A stretch of 64,000 nucleotides of DNA, taken from contig MNCI01000317.1 of NCBI GenBank assembly GCA_015680685.1, positions 287,790 to 351,789 on the forward strand, given 5' to 3'. The notes beneath the pieces were generated by a model. The model made no database searches and was not told where the DNA came from. It worked only from the letters and a program-made list of their open reading frames with translations. Numbering within the stretch: position 1 is the first letter of the stretch; each line of letters opens with the position of its first letter. This document shows positions 38,103-50,800 of the stretch, in pieces. Position numbers and translations under genes: made by a program. The DNA comes from Gnetum montanum (Eukaryota > Plantae > Gnetophyta).

Positions 38103-39589
38103 ATGACGTCTGCAACTGGAGGGAAGACGACTGCAACTGGAGGGCAGACGACTGGCGCTTCTGCCACTGGGGCGGCGCTTGTTGAACAGGATGGAGCCGC
38201 GACAGCCGGCGCAACGCCAGATAACGCGACAGCCGGAGCAACGCCCGATGACGCGACGGCCACCGCAGGGGCTTCAGGACAGGGGACACTCGGACCTGTG
38301 GGGGAACCGAGGACGGGAAGCACTCTGGGAGAATGCTCCAAAGTCGGAGCAACAATCAGAATCCAGGTTGGGGGACCCGACGCAGACGCAGTTGAGAAAC
38401 TGGAACGTAGCCTCATAGGTAAGTTTGTGTCCGAGGGGGCTCGCCCGCGCATTGATCTGATCCGGCGCTGGGCCAGGAACGCGTGGGGGTCAGAGTCAGT
38501 GACGGTCTCATGCCTAGAGGATGATCGCCTCCTGTTCGGCTTCGCATCCTTGGAGGAGAGAGAACAAGTCCTGGTGGGCGGTCCTTGGTTCTACGGGGCG
38601 CGTGGGCTGGCCTTGGCTCCCTGGTGCCCGGGAGCCCACCGGGATCTCGCACTGTTCACTCGCGCACCGGTTTGGGTGCAGCTTTATGGCATCCCGCTCG
38701 AGTACTGGTCGCTGGAGTTTCTGCGGGCGCTAGCGGCTCTACTCGGCGATTTCATAAGGTTTGACCACTCGACAGCCGTCCTTGATCACCTGAGGTTCGC
38801 AAGGTTTTGCGTCTGGCGACCCCTCCTCACGCAGGAGCCTGTCAAGGAGCTGGTCCTCGTCACGGCCCGTGGGGAGGAACGGGTCAAAGTTCTGTTTGAA
38901 AACCACTCGGGGATGCTCTCCCCGCATCAGCAGGGGCGTGCCCAGGGCCATCCCGTAGGGCACATGGCGACGCCAGGCGACGGCTGGTACGTGGTGGGGA
39001 GGAAAGGCCGTGTGGCCAACAAGAAACAGTCGGCGCCATGGGGGGGGGGGCCCGCTGGCAGGGGAGGGGCGATGCCATGAAGGGAGAAGCCTCCCAGGCA
39101 GTGCCCAATGGGGGACCACCCACGGGGGACCCGACAGAAATAAACGGGCAGTGCTCCCGACTGGAGGAGCCAGCAGTGCCGAATTCTCAGCCGGAGGAAA
39201 CCATGGCCACTGCAGGGATTAAATCATATGCATCGGCGTTGGTAGGGACTAGTGCTTCGCCCTCCGCCTTGGTTTCCCAACAAGTCACGGGAAAACAGAA
39301 AATGTCCGCTCTCGCCGGGGCAGAGCCACGGCCCGACACGGCCTAAGGGCGTTTCTCCCCGCCCCCAGCTTCGGATTGGATTAATCTTAGGCGGGGTTCC
39401 GCGCGGCCTAGTTCCCCGCCCAAAGAGACACAGTGCCAGCGCTCACCAGGAATGAAGATTGCACACCACGCGGCCAAAAGCGGAAGACCAAACAACCTCA
39501 CCCAACGGCAGAAGGCCACGCAGCTGTTTGTAGATCTAGGAGTGCAGCCCACGCTCCAGGAGATGTACCATGGCCCCCTGTCTCCATGA
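38103..39589 (+). pseudogene. L1 ORF1 (DUF4283/RRM-like); one frameshift in a G run near 39040-39050 and one TAA at 39344
   Basis: SLIGKF...GGPWF...LAPW...PVWVQLYGIPLEYWS...FARFCV. The second frame (from 39038) runs through a single TAA to TGA 39587-39589, which overlaps the ORF2 ATG. Confidence 0.85.
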
Positions 39590-42500
39590 AGGTCTTGTCC
39601 TGGAATTACAGGGGCCAGGGTACCCCCTACAAGAGACGTACCCTGCATTGTATGGTGAGTGACGAAAATTGTGACATTGTGTGCCTGCAAGAAACGAAAT
39701 TGCAGCAGACGGAGACTCAGACTCTCCAGTGGTCGGGATGGCATAGCCACCTGGCACCCAGCCGGGGGCGCGCGGGGGGCCTCGCGATCTTGACCAAGGC
39801 TGGATCATACGTCCTGGATATGTCCGATTGGAGCATCACGGTGCATTTGCCCGGCCAGGATATCTGGATTACTAATGTTTACGGCGCCCAGGGATGGCAG
39901 GCACAGCTCCATGAACTCTCTCGGGTGACGGGGATCATTCCCCAGGGAGCCAGCTGGTTAATGATCGGTGATTTCAATCAGCGACTCTTCTCCTGGGAGA
40001 AGACTGGCACTAATTTGGCAGAGCCCCCAGGGGCAATCGAAATGATCGCCCTGCTTCAGCAGTACAATCTAACAGACATGGACATCGCCGAATGCGCGTA
40101 TACCTGGAGCAACCGCAGGCAAGGTGCCGCGAGAGTCCAGTCCCGAATTGACCGCATCTGGGCCAGCGCAAAGATGTTGAATGACTGGGATCTGCAGGTG
40201 TACGGAGGTGCCCGCATGGCCTCCGATCATCGGCCCATTTTCTGCCGAATGGAGCGGGGAGAGGTTCAGAAACCGCGTGTATTCCGCTTTGAACGCACTT
40301 GGATCTGCGCGGCATGGCTTAGGAATTTGGTGTAGGACATCTGGCAGCCGTACCGCGCCTTGGGGGACCCACGCGAATTCCTAAAAAATGGGCTCAAAAC
40401 ACTAAAATAGAAAATTAAAAGCATTGGCCCAACAGTGAAATATCGCTTCAAGACGCGTCGTTTCCAGTTGCAGGTGGATCTGCAGAAAATCCAAGCGCTG
40501 CAGGAGCAACAGGGAAGGGGAAATGACTACACAGGGGAGGAGCTCGCCCTGCAGGCCGAGTTGCAGCTCATGCACCTTGAAGAGGAGGAATACTGGCGCC
40601 AGCGGGCGCGTACACAGTGGCTGCAGGCAGGTGACCGCCACACTAAATTTTTCTTTCAAGCTGCCAAGGCCCACCGCGGGTCCAGGAACGACCCTCTCCA
40701 ACGCCTCCTGCAGGGCGAACCGCAGCCACGTGCTGAGCGCCTCCTGCAGTACTGGAGGAACGTCTGGGGGTGGAGACATACCGACCCTATTTTGGTACCC
40801 GTGGCAACTGTCTTAACCCCGGCAGAAAATGTCAGACTCCTGAAACCATTCACGCGGCAGGAACTACGGGAGGCACTGCAGAAAATGCCTGCGAACAAGG
40901 CGCCTGGGCCCGATGGATGGCCCATTGAATTTTTTACAAATTTTGAGGACGTGCTCGGGCAGAACCTGCTGGACGCTTTTTACCACATGTTGGCCTGGAG
41001 AGAGGTGCGAAATGAAATCAATTGCTCACGCGTGGTTTTGCTACCGAAGACGGAGAATCCTACGTCCCCTGGTCACTTCCGACCCATTGGGGTTTGCAAC
41101 TCCTTGATGCGATTATTCTCCCGCTTGCTCGTGGCCAGAATGCAACCACTCATGGCGCGGCTCGTGGGGAAACAGTAGGCCACGTTCACCAAGGGACGCC
41201 ACCTACAGGACCAGGTTCTGCTGCTCTAGGAGATTCAGCACTCGCTTCAGATGGCCAAACTTCCGGGCATGTACATTAAGCTGGACATTACTAAGGCCTA
41301 CGATTCTGTTAGTTGGGACGCGTTGAGGTATGTATTGCTCGCAAAAGGATTTGAACCGGCCTTCGTTGACCTCTGCCTGCAGATTCAGTAAGGTGGACGG
41401 TACTCGCTGGACATTGATGGGCAACTGTGGGGCTTTCACGGGACCGGCCGTGGACTGTGCCAAGGCGACCCGCTCTCCCCGCTCCTCTTCCTGATGGTGA
41501 TGTATCTTCTGCAAACGTATTGTATGGAGGAAGGGGTGCAGGGGTTAAATGTGCAAGGCATCCATTGTCTCTCCGCCCACTTCGCGGATCACACCATGTT
41601 CTACACCAGGGCCACGGTTCTGCAGGCCCGGGCGATCCTGAGGGCGCTGGACCGGATGCACCGCGAAGTGGGCCAGGTCCCCAACCCCGGAAAATCGGCT
41701 TTATTTTTCACCCACACCCTCCCCGCGGTGCGCAGCAAAATTGTCCAAATCATGGGGATTCTCCCAGGGGAGGCGGAAGCGAAGTATCTGGGCATCCCCA
41801 TGCATAACTGGCACAGGCTGGGAACCTGGCAGGCACTCATCGCAAGGATCCAGAAACGAGCTGCCCACTAGACCAATACATTCCTGTCTCGCAAGGGGAA
41901 GATGGTGCTGGCGTCCTCGGTGCTGGGGGCCATGGCGAGGTTCGCTGCCTCGATGGCCTCCCCGCCCCCCGGTGTCACCGACAAGATTGACCAGATTATC
42001 CGCAATTTCGTTTGGTCTGGCGGAAAGGGGGGGAAAAAGATGCATCTTCTGGCCTGGGGTAAGATCGCGCGGCCCCGGTACGCGGGGGGGATAGGCCTTC
42101 TCCCTTTCTCCCTTGAAGTGGCCCTGGGTCGTCATCAGCTTCTCCAGCGCCTGGCCACTGACAGCGAGGACCCTTCCCTCTGGGTGCAGATCCTGCGGGC
42201 AAAATACAGGCCCTGGACGACGGCCAACTCCGACTCCCAAGTCTGGCGGCAGCTATGCGCCCAGGCAAGGGCGATGGACAGCGGTGAGGATATTTACCTG
42301 CATCCTTGGCAGCTCCTGCAGAAGATGTTCCCAGCCGACCCGCGCTGGAAGCGACTGTGGAAGGGTATCCTCCCGGAAAAAATCAAAGCCTTTGGGTGGC
42401 TTATCCTCCACCAGGCCCTCCCTGTTCGCGCTGAGCTGCAGACTCGAGGCATGGAAATCGATACACAGTGCCCCATGTGCAACCAGCATTCCGAAACGCA

Positions 42501-43038
42501 GCAGCACTTTGTTAATGAGTGTCAGGTTACCACGCAATTCTGGCGTTGGGCGGGGCTCCACTCCCCGGAGTTCTCAGGCAACTCGGCTACGCTGGCGGCG
42601 CTCTGGGTCCTGTGGAGGGTCAGGAACGATCGCCTTTTTAATGGGGTGGCACTCCCCCCCGTTCGAGTCCTTGCAGGGAAACTGTGGAGGCTCTGGAACG
42701 AAATTGCCTACGCAATGGCTCCTCCAGTCACCCCAGCACCTCCCGTGCAGCAGACGCGTACGCAGCGGGGGGGTGGGGAGAGCACCTTACAATGCGGGAC
42801 TACCCCCCTCGACGTCGCCCCGGAGCGTATGCGCCCTGATCAGTGCCACGAGGCGGAGAGGCAGGAACGCAATATTGATATTTCAGACTTTCGCGGGGAA
42901 CAGAACCCGAACTTTCCAATGCGAGCCTGGGTTGAGAGCACCCCCGACAACCGCAGAACCGGCATAGCCCAGATCATTGACGAATACAGACGTCGCAGGG
43001 CGGAAGGGAAGGGACAGCCCAGGGTGGACAACAAATAA
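39586..43038 (+). pseudogene. L1 ORF2 (AP endonuclease, reverse transcriptase, zf-RVT), single frame with six internal stops
   Basis: MKVLSWNYRG, CLQET, GDFN, SRIDR, SDH (endonuclease); KAPGPDG, FRPIG, KLDITKAYD, GLCQGDPLSP, FADH, KYLGIP (RT); CPMC...ETQQH...C (zinc finger). Stops at 40333, 40408, 41176, 41227, 41389 and 41869. Confidence 0.95.
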
Positions 43039-43070
43039 GGACCGGCCGCGTCTCTCGGCTGACGCCGTCG

Positions 43071-43177
43071 TTGCAGGGTGTCTGGGCGCCTTGGGTGGAG
43101 TCTTTCTGACGGGAAATTTGGTTTGCAGGTTGTCTGGGCGCCTTGGGTGGTGTCTTTCCTAACGGGAAATTTTTGGT
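43071..43177 (+). repeat. About 52-bp tandem duplication in the L1 3' UTR
   Basis: TTGCAGG.TGTCTGGGCGCCTTGGGTGG..TCTTTC...ACGGGAAATTT occurs twice. Confidence 0.85.
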
Positions 43178-43431
43178 CTCTTTGCTTGGGGATGGGTGGT
43201 CCTTTTGGCTGCCGCGTGTTCTTGGTGGGGATTTCCCTGTCCGGTGGGGCCAGCAACCCTGGTCCACGCTGTACCCGTGTATAGCTTCTTTACCTTTTTG
43301 ATAATTAATTTAGCTTGACCTTTATCAAAAAAGATAACTCTTTACATTTTCCTTATAATGATTTCATATGTATTCACTACTTAACAATACTTAGTACACT
43401 TAGCTAACTAAGTCCCTAGCAATGGTGTCAA

Positions 43432-44305
43432 TGATGAGCAATAGGTACTTCCTACACATAGCTATACAAATCACAATCATTCACATATGATCTGGTCAAA
43501 TTCTATGGACTTATTTATCTAAGTATCCAATATTCCTAAATAGCAAATGATATAGTTATAAGTTGTTGTCTTCTTAATTCAAATTTTTGTTAATTTGTGT
43601 GTATAATTAGGTTTGGTTGAGGCATAAGATATATATTTTTATACTTTTTATCATTCTAAATGACTACATGAATTAAGATTTAATAATTAAATTAACTAAA
43701 TAATTAATTACTTCATTAACTAACTATCCTAATATAGAGTATCCTTTCCCACTTGTCATACATATCTTGAACCTATATTAATGCTACTAGGTTACCAAGT
43801 GTATACTATTGGGCACATCAAGTATCTACCACTGGGATTACCGAATGTTAATATATCATACTTGAAGTGGTCATACTTACATTGCTTATAAATAATAATA
43901 TTAATTATTTAAGAACAAGAGTGTAAATTTCATGTAAAGTATGATGTTGAAAAGTAGAATTATGCTAGTCTAGGTGCTACAATGGATATAGGAAATCTTG
44001 ATTTTATTACCATTAATGTAAATGTATCCATGTACATATGCATTCAAATAAAATGCTATACAATCTCTTAAATCCACACTATGGAGACTCACAAGGAAAA
44101 TAATCTAACTTTCATAGAAGAAAACTACAAGAATTTGGCTAAAGCAATGATTGAAAGATACCATAAATGCAAGGTGTGTATGCATTTATATGGGCAATGA
44201 TTATGTTAGTGTCAACATACCTACATCAACGCATCATAGCATGTATCAATGAGGTTGCATTGTTAGGCATGCATTGACGCAACTTATCTTATTAATAATT
44301 CATCA
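43432..44305 (-). repeat. 5' LTR of the Athila element (subfamily B)
   Basis: TGATGAG...TTCATCA, with decayed tRNA-Asp PBS immediately to its left (43413-43430). Confidence 0.85.
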
Positions 44306-44399
44306 CTTGTAAAGCAGTAGCACCCTAAAATGGAGTTTGAATTATGATAGAACACCTACACACTTGATATCAATGTTTAATTTCTGTTGCTGATTGAAT

Positions 44400-47300
44400 A
44401 ATTTACAAGGAAAAGGAAAAAGGAAGAAAAAAATTTAATCATTATAAGCCATAGTTAAAAAATTAAAAAAAGAAGAGAAAACATCATAAGGATATAAATA
44501 TTACTACTCCAAATATTGCAAAATTTTTTAGGATACTAGGTGAATAATATGAAAAACCCCATCATGTCATTGTTAAGTTTCTTAACATAGAAGGCAAAGA
44601 ACATGTGTGTCATCATCATAGTCACTTAAAGTAAAGTATGCATGAGTAAAGAGTTTAGATCAACCAAGATCTCACTAAGAAGAAACTTACAAAAAGGACT
44701 AAATAATAGAAAAAATTTAGGGAAAGAATTGAAAAGGGTCTTGTTGCATTACCTAAATTCTAATAACATAGTACTCATTATATATAAATAGTATTTCAAA
44801 ACTTATTTAGAAGATATATAGTCCTTCTTCATTATGGATTTATAAATATAGATAGTGAAATTGTAAATAAAGTTTTTGCATTGAATAATATTAGTTTCTT
44901 TGAGAGTGTTAATGTTTTTAGTTTTTTTGAAACATGGGAAGATGTTGATTCTATAGATTTTGTGGTTTTTGAATTCATTAAGTTTGTTGCAAGAAACATA
45001 AGAGTAGGGTAAAGAGGTAAGCCTTTCAGTGGCATTGTAGTGTAGTAAAGAAATTTCTTGAATATTATGCACTTTTAAAATCATTTGATGATCATAAGCA
45101 ATACATTTGACTAAAAATTTTATAACATTAGTATTATGCTTTTCTTGTCATATGTTATTCTACCCCTAGACATGCTACATTATATGATACTATAGATTTA
45201 TTTTATGATCATCCTTTCTAGTTTTTGGGTAGAGATATTAAAAAAAAATTTAGCAATAGACCTAGTATTTATTTGTAGACATTTTAATGCAAGGATGGAT
45301 TTACAATAAATAAAAATTGTTTAATGGTAACATAATGTTGATAGTTTAGGCATTATTAAAGATTATAGGTTGGTGCAACATCTTGCAAATGATACTATTA
45401 ATAAGATAGATTAATAACTATTAAAATGATTAAAAACAGTTGATCTTCTCACTTGCAATGGTCTTGATAAATCCCTTCAATCTTAATTATTTACTTTCAC
45501 AAGAGTTCAAGGTAACTCTTAGATTGATTTTCTTTTATGTTCTTATAAAGACATTGATTTTTTTAAGTTAAAAGTCGGAGAGGATTCAATGGAGTTAAGG
45601 TAAAATATATAAATACAATACATAATAAATGGAAACTTGAAAGATAACATAAGGAACTTGAGCAAACTTTTTTTACAACAAATAAGCAAGTTATGCATTC
45701 ACAACAATAGGGTGCTTAGAAGACTTGGTTTAATGAATATTAGATACAACCTATATAGAATATAAAAATTGAAATTAAGAAACATAGATAAAGGTTAGTT
45801 AAGATATATAGATTCTTGATTAGAACCAAGAGGAGGAAATTTATCATGAAGCCCAAAGAATATTTTACTTACATCATTCAATAAAGCCTAGGTAGTTTTG
45901 GTAGTATATTTGTCAAGAATCTCTCTCCATCATTTTTTTTAAGATATATGCTTATTTTATAATAAACTATTTACAGAAGAAGATAATAATTCTACTATTG
46001 TATATCAAGCATCACTCTAGTTTACTCATGAGGAAATTAGAGAGGGTATTAAAAAAACAAGCATCTTGCAAAGTTGTATATTCAGATGGTTTATGTGCAT
46101 AATTATTAAAGTGGAAAAGACCTAATATTCATAAAGAAATTTAGCACAAATTATCTTTTGTAATGCATCAAGGATTATATCAACATTGAAAAACTAGAAA
46201 GGCTATCTTGTTATATAAAAAGGAGATTAAAAGTAATTTGGAAAATTATTGAATGAATGATTGTTATAATTAATATTTTTGTTAATTTATTAGACACTTT
46301 ACTAGAAAAGAGAATTAATTCTTAGGCTAAAGATAGCTAGGTTAGTACAAAATGTCAAGTAGGTTTTAGACAAAATCACTCCACTATTGATTACTTAATT
46401 ACATTTAAACATTACATGGAATTTGCAAAAATCTTAAGAAAAATGTTTTTATTTGTTTTGTAAAGTTTACAAAAGCATATGATGCAATGGTTCATACAAA
46501 TATATGGTCATGTTTATATAAAATTGGCCTTCCTTAAAAATTGATTATAACAACTCAAAGATTATATGAAAAAGTGATATTAAAATTACATATCATAATT
46601 TAGAGAACAAATTTCAATTCTAAAGTGCATTTGAAGTTAATCAATATTTTTCAATTTCTCCAACTCACTTTTGTATCTTTATTGATAAAATGTAGGAATG
46701 TTTATACAATGGGCAAGAGAGTCATACTATCAAGATTATATCCAAGTAGTGAATCATTGTTTATATGCAAATAATGTTACCTTAATCTCCACAAATGCAA
46801 AAGATATACAAAATATGTTAACAATTTTATAAAATTATTGTGATCCATTTAGTCTTCAAGTAAATTTAGATAAAACTAAATTGATGATCTAGGTAGGATA
46901 CAAGAAATATTTGTTATAACTTCCATTTTGGAGGTACCAATATATAAATAGTAGATTCTTTTAACTATTTGAATCTCAATTATATGAACAATTAAAACTG
47001 GAGGAAGTATGTCAAAGAAAGAATAGCAAATAGTTTTCAAGGCTTTATATACTTTCAAAAATAGGTACAAGGATGTAAGACTTTGGGCTTGAAAGGCTAA
47101 AAAATCAATTTTCTAGACTACCATCTATCCTATTATATTAATTGGATGTGTTGTTTGGGGACATGGTCTTTGTGTTAGACTTTGGAAAAATATGGAAAAA
47201 ATACAAAAATATTTTCTTCTCAATAAGTTAAAGGAGAAGATACAAATACCTTTATGTTATTATCTGAATATGGTTGGTATTTTTAGGGAATGCAATGGTT

Positions 47301-49439
47301 GAGAAAATGAAATATTTCTATTGAAGATGATGATGTTCTAAAGATGATCAAGTGTTGGAGCTTCAAGAAAATCACATGCTTATAGCATTTGGTATCCAAA
47401 TATGTGGCCTAAGATCATTTTATATAGATTCCAAGGCAAGTTTAAGTTGAGAATGTTATACAAGATTAAATTTCCCTTTGTTCACAAAGATCCCCACAAG
47501 TTATCCCCTAAGCATAAGGTGCCCTCAAAGAGACGATTAACATTTTTAGTTTTTTGGGATCCTAGCAAGGTATCACTCCCTTTCAATAGATCTCCTTCTT
47601 AGGCAAAAAAAATTTTATTTTTGGGATTCGCCTCCTTAGCCTAGTAACCAAATTTAATTAAGAGTCATCTCCTTTCAATAGGTTTTCACCCTAAGGAAAG
47701 AATATTTTATTTTTAGGGGTTGTCCCCTCTACCTAGCAACAAAATATAGTTGGTGGTTATTATCTCCATATAAAATAACATTCCAGTGGATTGCCCCCTT
47801 TAGGACTGATAGTAGCATCTTTGCTCTCAAACAGGATGTCCCCTACCAATGGTCAAACCTTGCTTTCCCTAAGATGAAAATTTAATGTACACTACAAGCA
47901 TATGAAGGGATAAATTTACCCTTTTTCATTTGTCCTTAGTACCAAAAATGTTTTCTCTTAGTCTTATCATGATGAATCCAAATATTGAAGAACACAAGAT
48001 GAATTAACAAACCAACATCACAATTTCAAGTAGCAAGAATAAGTTTAATATGCATTTGATATGCCTAAATTTTTATCTTTTACATGTTTTATTGTGTCTC
48101 ACAAACTCTATATCTTATGCATTGTATTTATCTCCTTTAAATTCCCATAGTAGATGTAATTCAATCTTTGAAAGATCCTTATAAATATTATTTTATTTTT
48201 ATATTAATTCTAAGACCTTTTTTGAGGAATTTGATCTTAAAGTCTCAATTGTAGTAGAGGGAGACTAGAAACCCTTGAAACAAGCATTGTTATTCAATGA
48301 GCTAAAGAGTTGAAGGGAACCTAGTAGAATTGCATATTTGAATAGCCCTTACTTAGTAGAAGTAAGCACAACTCAAACTATTATAAATTTTGATATGTTC
48401 TTTCTTATTTTATTTGAATCACTATGCTCATGAGGATCCTTTTTACCTTAAATTCACATTCGTGATCTATCAAGATGAATATTATAAGTGGAGAGACCAA
48501 CTGCATAACATTATGTAGAAGCTAGAGAAGATTACCTCACATATGTTGGAGTCTAACCTATATAAGGAAAGATTTTTACATCTTCAAAAATATTACCATG
48601 TGGTTACAACATATCAAACTAATAACAAGTCATTGATAGTAAAGTGAAGACATAATATTGGCATTAAAATAAAAATAAAAATATACATTTAAGTTAGAAG
48701 AATTAATGGATTAATCTAAAAGAAGAAGTAATGGAAAATGGCATGCATATTAAGGTGGTTGGTATATATAGATAGGCACAAAATAGATGGCACACACATC
48801 AATGTATCATGGGTAAAGACATCAATATGTCTACACTCAACATATATTTCAAGCTATCAATATAGTTTAGCTACTATTATTATTTTTTAGGGGATGCAAT
48901 GGTTGAGAAAATGAAATATCTCTAGGAATAACATATAGCAAAATCCTAAGCATATTCACCAATTAGTTAAGTTATAGGTTTTAATATATATATGGTTTAA
49001 TTTAGAAGATAAGAGACAATTTTATTTACATCACATTAGATCTAATAAATTAGTTATAGAAGCTTACTATCTCTTAGCTACTATTTCAATTATGTACTAG
49101 AATACTATTATCAAGATTCTCTTAACTTCACATGATTTTAGAATTGAAAGTGGAAAATGGATTCAACTTCCATGAGAAGATTGCATTTGTAGGCTAATTA
49201 GGTCAAGAGTCCTTGAAGATTAATTACATGTGTTTCTTTCTTGTACTATGATGACCCATTTTAGACAATGTTATAATGTTACAACAAAAAACTTGTATGA
49301 TTTATTTTTAATGCCCCCATTGGTACTTAGTCAATTTGTAGAGTTAATCATAATGTTTTATCAAAACTTAATATTCTTCCAATAGATCCTATCAATCTTC
49401 AGACATAATAAAGCTTTAATTTCATTTTCATTTTCATTC
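44400..49439 (+). mobile_element. Highly decayed RTE-X-like LINE (ORF1 remnant, APE, RT, C-terminal Cys/His motif, microsatellite tail), interrupted near 47321-48880
   Basis: HVIVKF...RINQDLT (44560-44680), QVGFRQNHSTID (46357), FVKFTKAYD (46460), LYANN for YADD (46762), RIESGKWIQLP.EDCIC...LED.LHVFLSC (49140-49245), and 3' end AATAAAGCTTTAAT(TTCATT)3. The clade assignment is inferred. Confidence 0.65.
47321..48880. mobile_element. Unclassified insertion (LTR-element-like fragments, about 90-bp internal tandem repeat) flanked by a 43-44-bp direct repeat
   Basis: Flanks 47278-47320 and 48881-48924 are near-identical. Tandem unit at 47575-47760. LTR-like end ...CTCAACA at 48842. Confidence 0.5.
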
Positions 49440-49899
49440 TTATGTAATAATAAAAATAATATTACCTTTCACTATTGAAGTTAAATTGTAAAACTAGTCC
49501 AATAGATTCAAAGGATCCTAGGAGAGAGGATGTTAAGTAAAAACAATTTTAGTTTCAGTAAACGTTTTTTAAATGATTTTTTTATGCTTAATACTTTGGA
49601 TGACTTTTTTCGACACTCAATATGAAAATCATGATTTGTAGCACACATAATAAGATAGAAAATTTTATTATAGGACATAGACATGTGAATGTAATTTTTG
49701 CTTCCAAATATCTTGCCTTAGAATGCTCATGTGATTACAAACAGGATCAATGCATCACTCAGAGAGTTGTAAGTAGAGCACATTAGACATAGATAAAATA
49801 TTACAGCTATAAATTTGGTTGATTTGCTCCAAATATTACTATCTAAAGTTCAATAATTTTAGAGATGCTTTTATAGTGTTCATCCTTATAACTAATCTT

Positions 49900-50800
49900 G
49901 AAATCCCTTTCTCTATGTTAAGAAAATGATCAACCCTTAAACTTAGTACCCTTATAGTTTTCACTTAAGACTTTTTTGTTAAAACTTAGAAAAAGCAATG
50001 AAGAGATCCCTTAGCACTTCCTTGTTAAGCACTATAAAAAGCAATAAAAAGGTAGTTACACAAATAAAATAAAGAAATACCTTGTCATTAGCATAAATTA
50101 AGAAAAGTTTCTTGTAATAGTGTCGGTCTAAGGTTCTATTAGATAATCAACCTTCAATAAAGCTCTTCCACCTTGTAACTTAATTTGAAAAATAACAAGC
50201 TAAATAATATTAGTTTTCCTAGACTATGGCAAACTTCTCATGATAGTTTTGTGATTCTAAAGATTATTCCACATAGCATGAAAAACTCAAAGAAGAAAAC
50301 ACTTTTGCGATAAAAGGAAACTTCTTAAAAAGTAGAGGAGCATCCTCAGGAAGAGTTCTTTCCAATTAGCAAAGAAATAATTAATAGTAAGAGATCTCCA
50401 AATACATGCATGCATGACAAAAATACAATTTAAAAAAATAGATCATATGAGTTGCATTAAAATAATAATGATACCTATTTCTTTTTATTTCAAAGGTAGA
50501 TTAGTTGAAACTTTAGAGACCCTTAGTTCTTTGCCACTACTATTCAAGCCATTAATGATAGAGGTTAGGCTCTAACATCTTCGATGCTATTAAAGATATA
50601 AGTGTTTTTTGACTACTCTTTAACAAAAATAGTTAATCCTACTACTTAAACAAAATTATTTTTTCCTAAACAAAATCATCATGCATTCTAAGAGTTTAGC
50701 AAGGCACTCCCATCTAAAAAGAATAAAAATAAACCATGAAACTTGTTTGCTTTCTCAATTTCTTAATTTAAGAGTGATATAAATAATAGAATAGAAACTC
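49900..50800 (-). pseudogene. Possible very old LINE RT remnant
   Basis: Minus-strand IYAND (YADD-like) near 50090 and PLSLM near 50560, in plausible order. Weak support. Confidence 0.25.

Larger units (their letters stand above)
38085..43332 (+). mobile_element. L1-clade LINE, nearly full length, GC-rich, inserted in the Athila 5' leader
   Basis: ORF1 (DUF4283-type), ORF2 (APE-RT-zf), 3' UTR ending TTTATCAAAAAA, and a sharp composition change at both ends. Weak candidate TSD GATAA at 38080-38084 / 43333-43337. Confidence 0.95.
16955..44305 (-). mobile_element. Decayed autonomous-type Athila element (subfamily B) carrying nested Tat and L1 insertions
   Basis: Homologous LTRs at 16955-17378 (partial) and 43432-44305, decayed tRNA-Asp PBS at 43413-43430, and collinear gag, PR, RT, RH, INT and extra ORF on the minus strand. 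No convincing TSD, so the LTR pairing is inferred. Confidence 0.7.

Noticed and set aside
37969-43284. Many overlapping alternative-frame and antisense ORFs, such as 42113-42967 (284 aa) and 41701-42240
   Set aside because: Expected shadows of GC-rich L1 coding sequence, with low-complexity R/P/G/S translations and no domain motifs.
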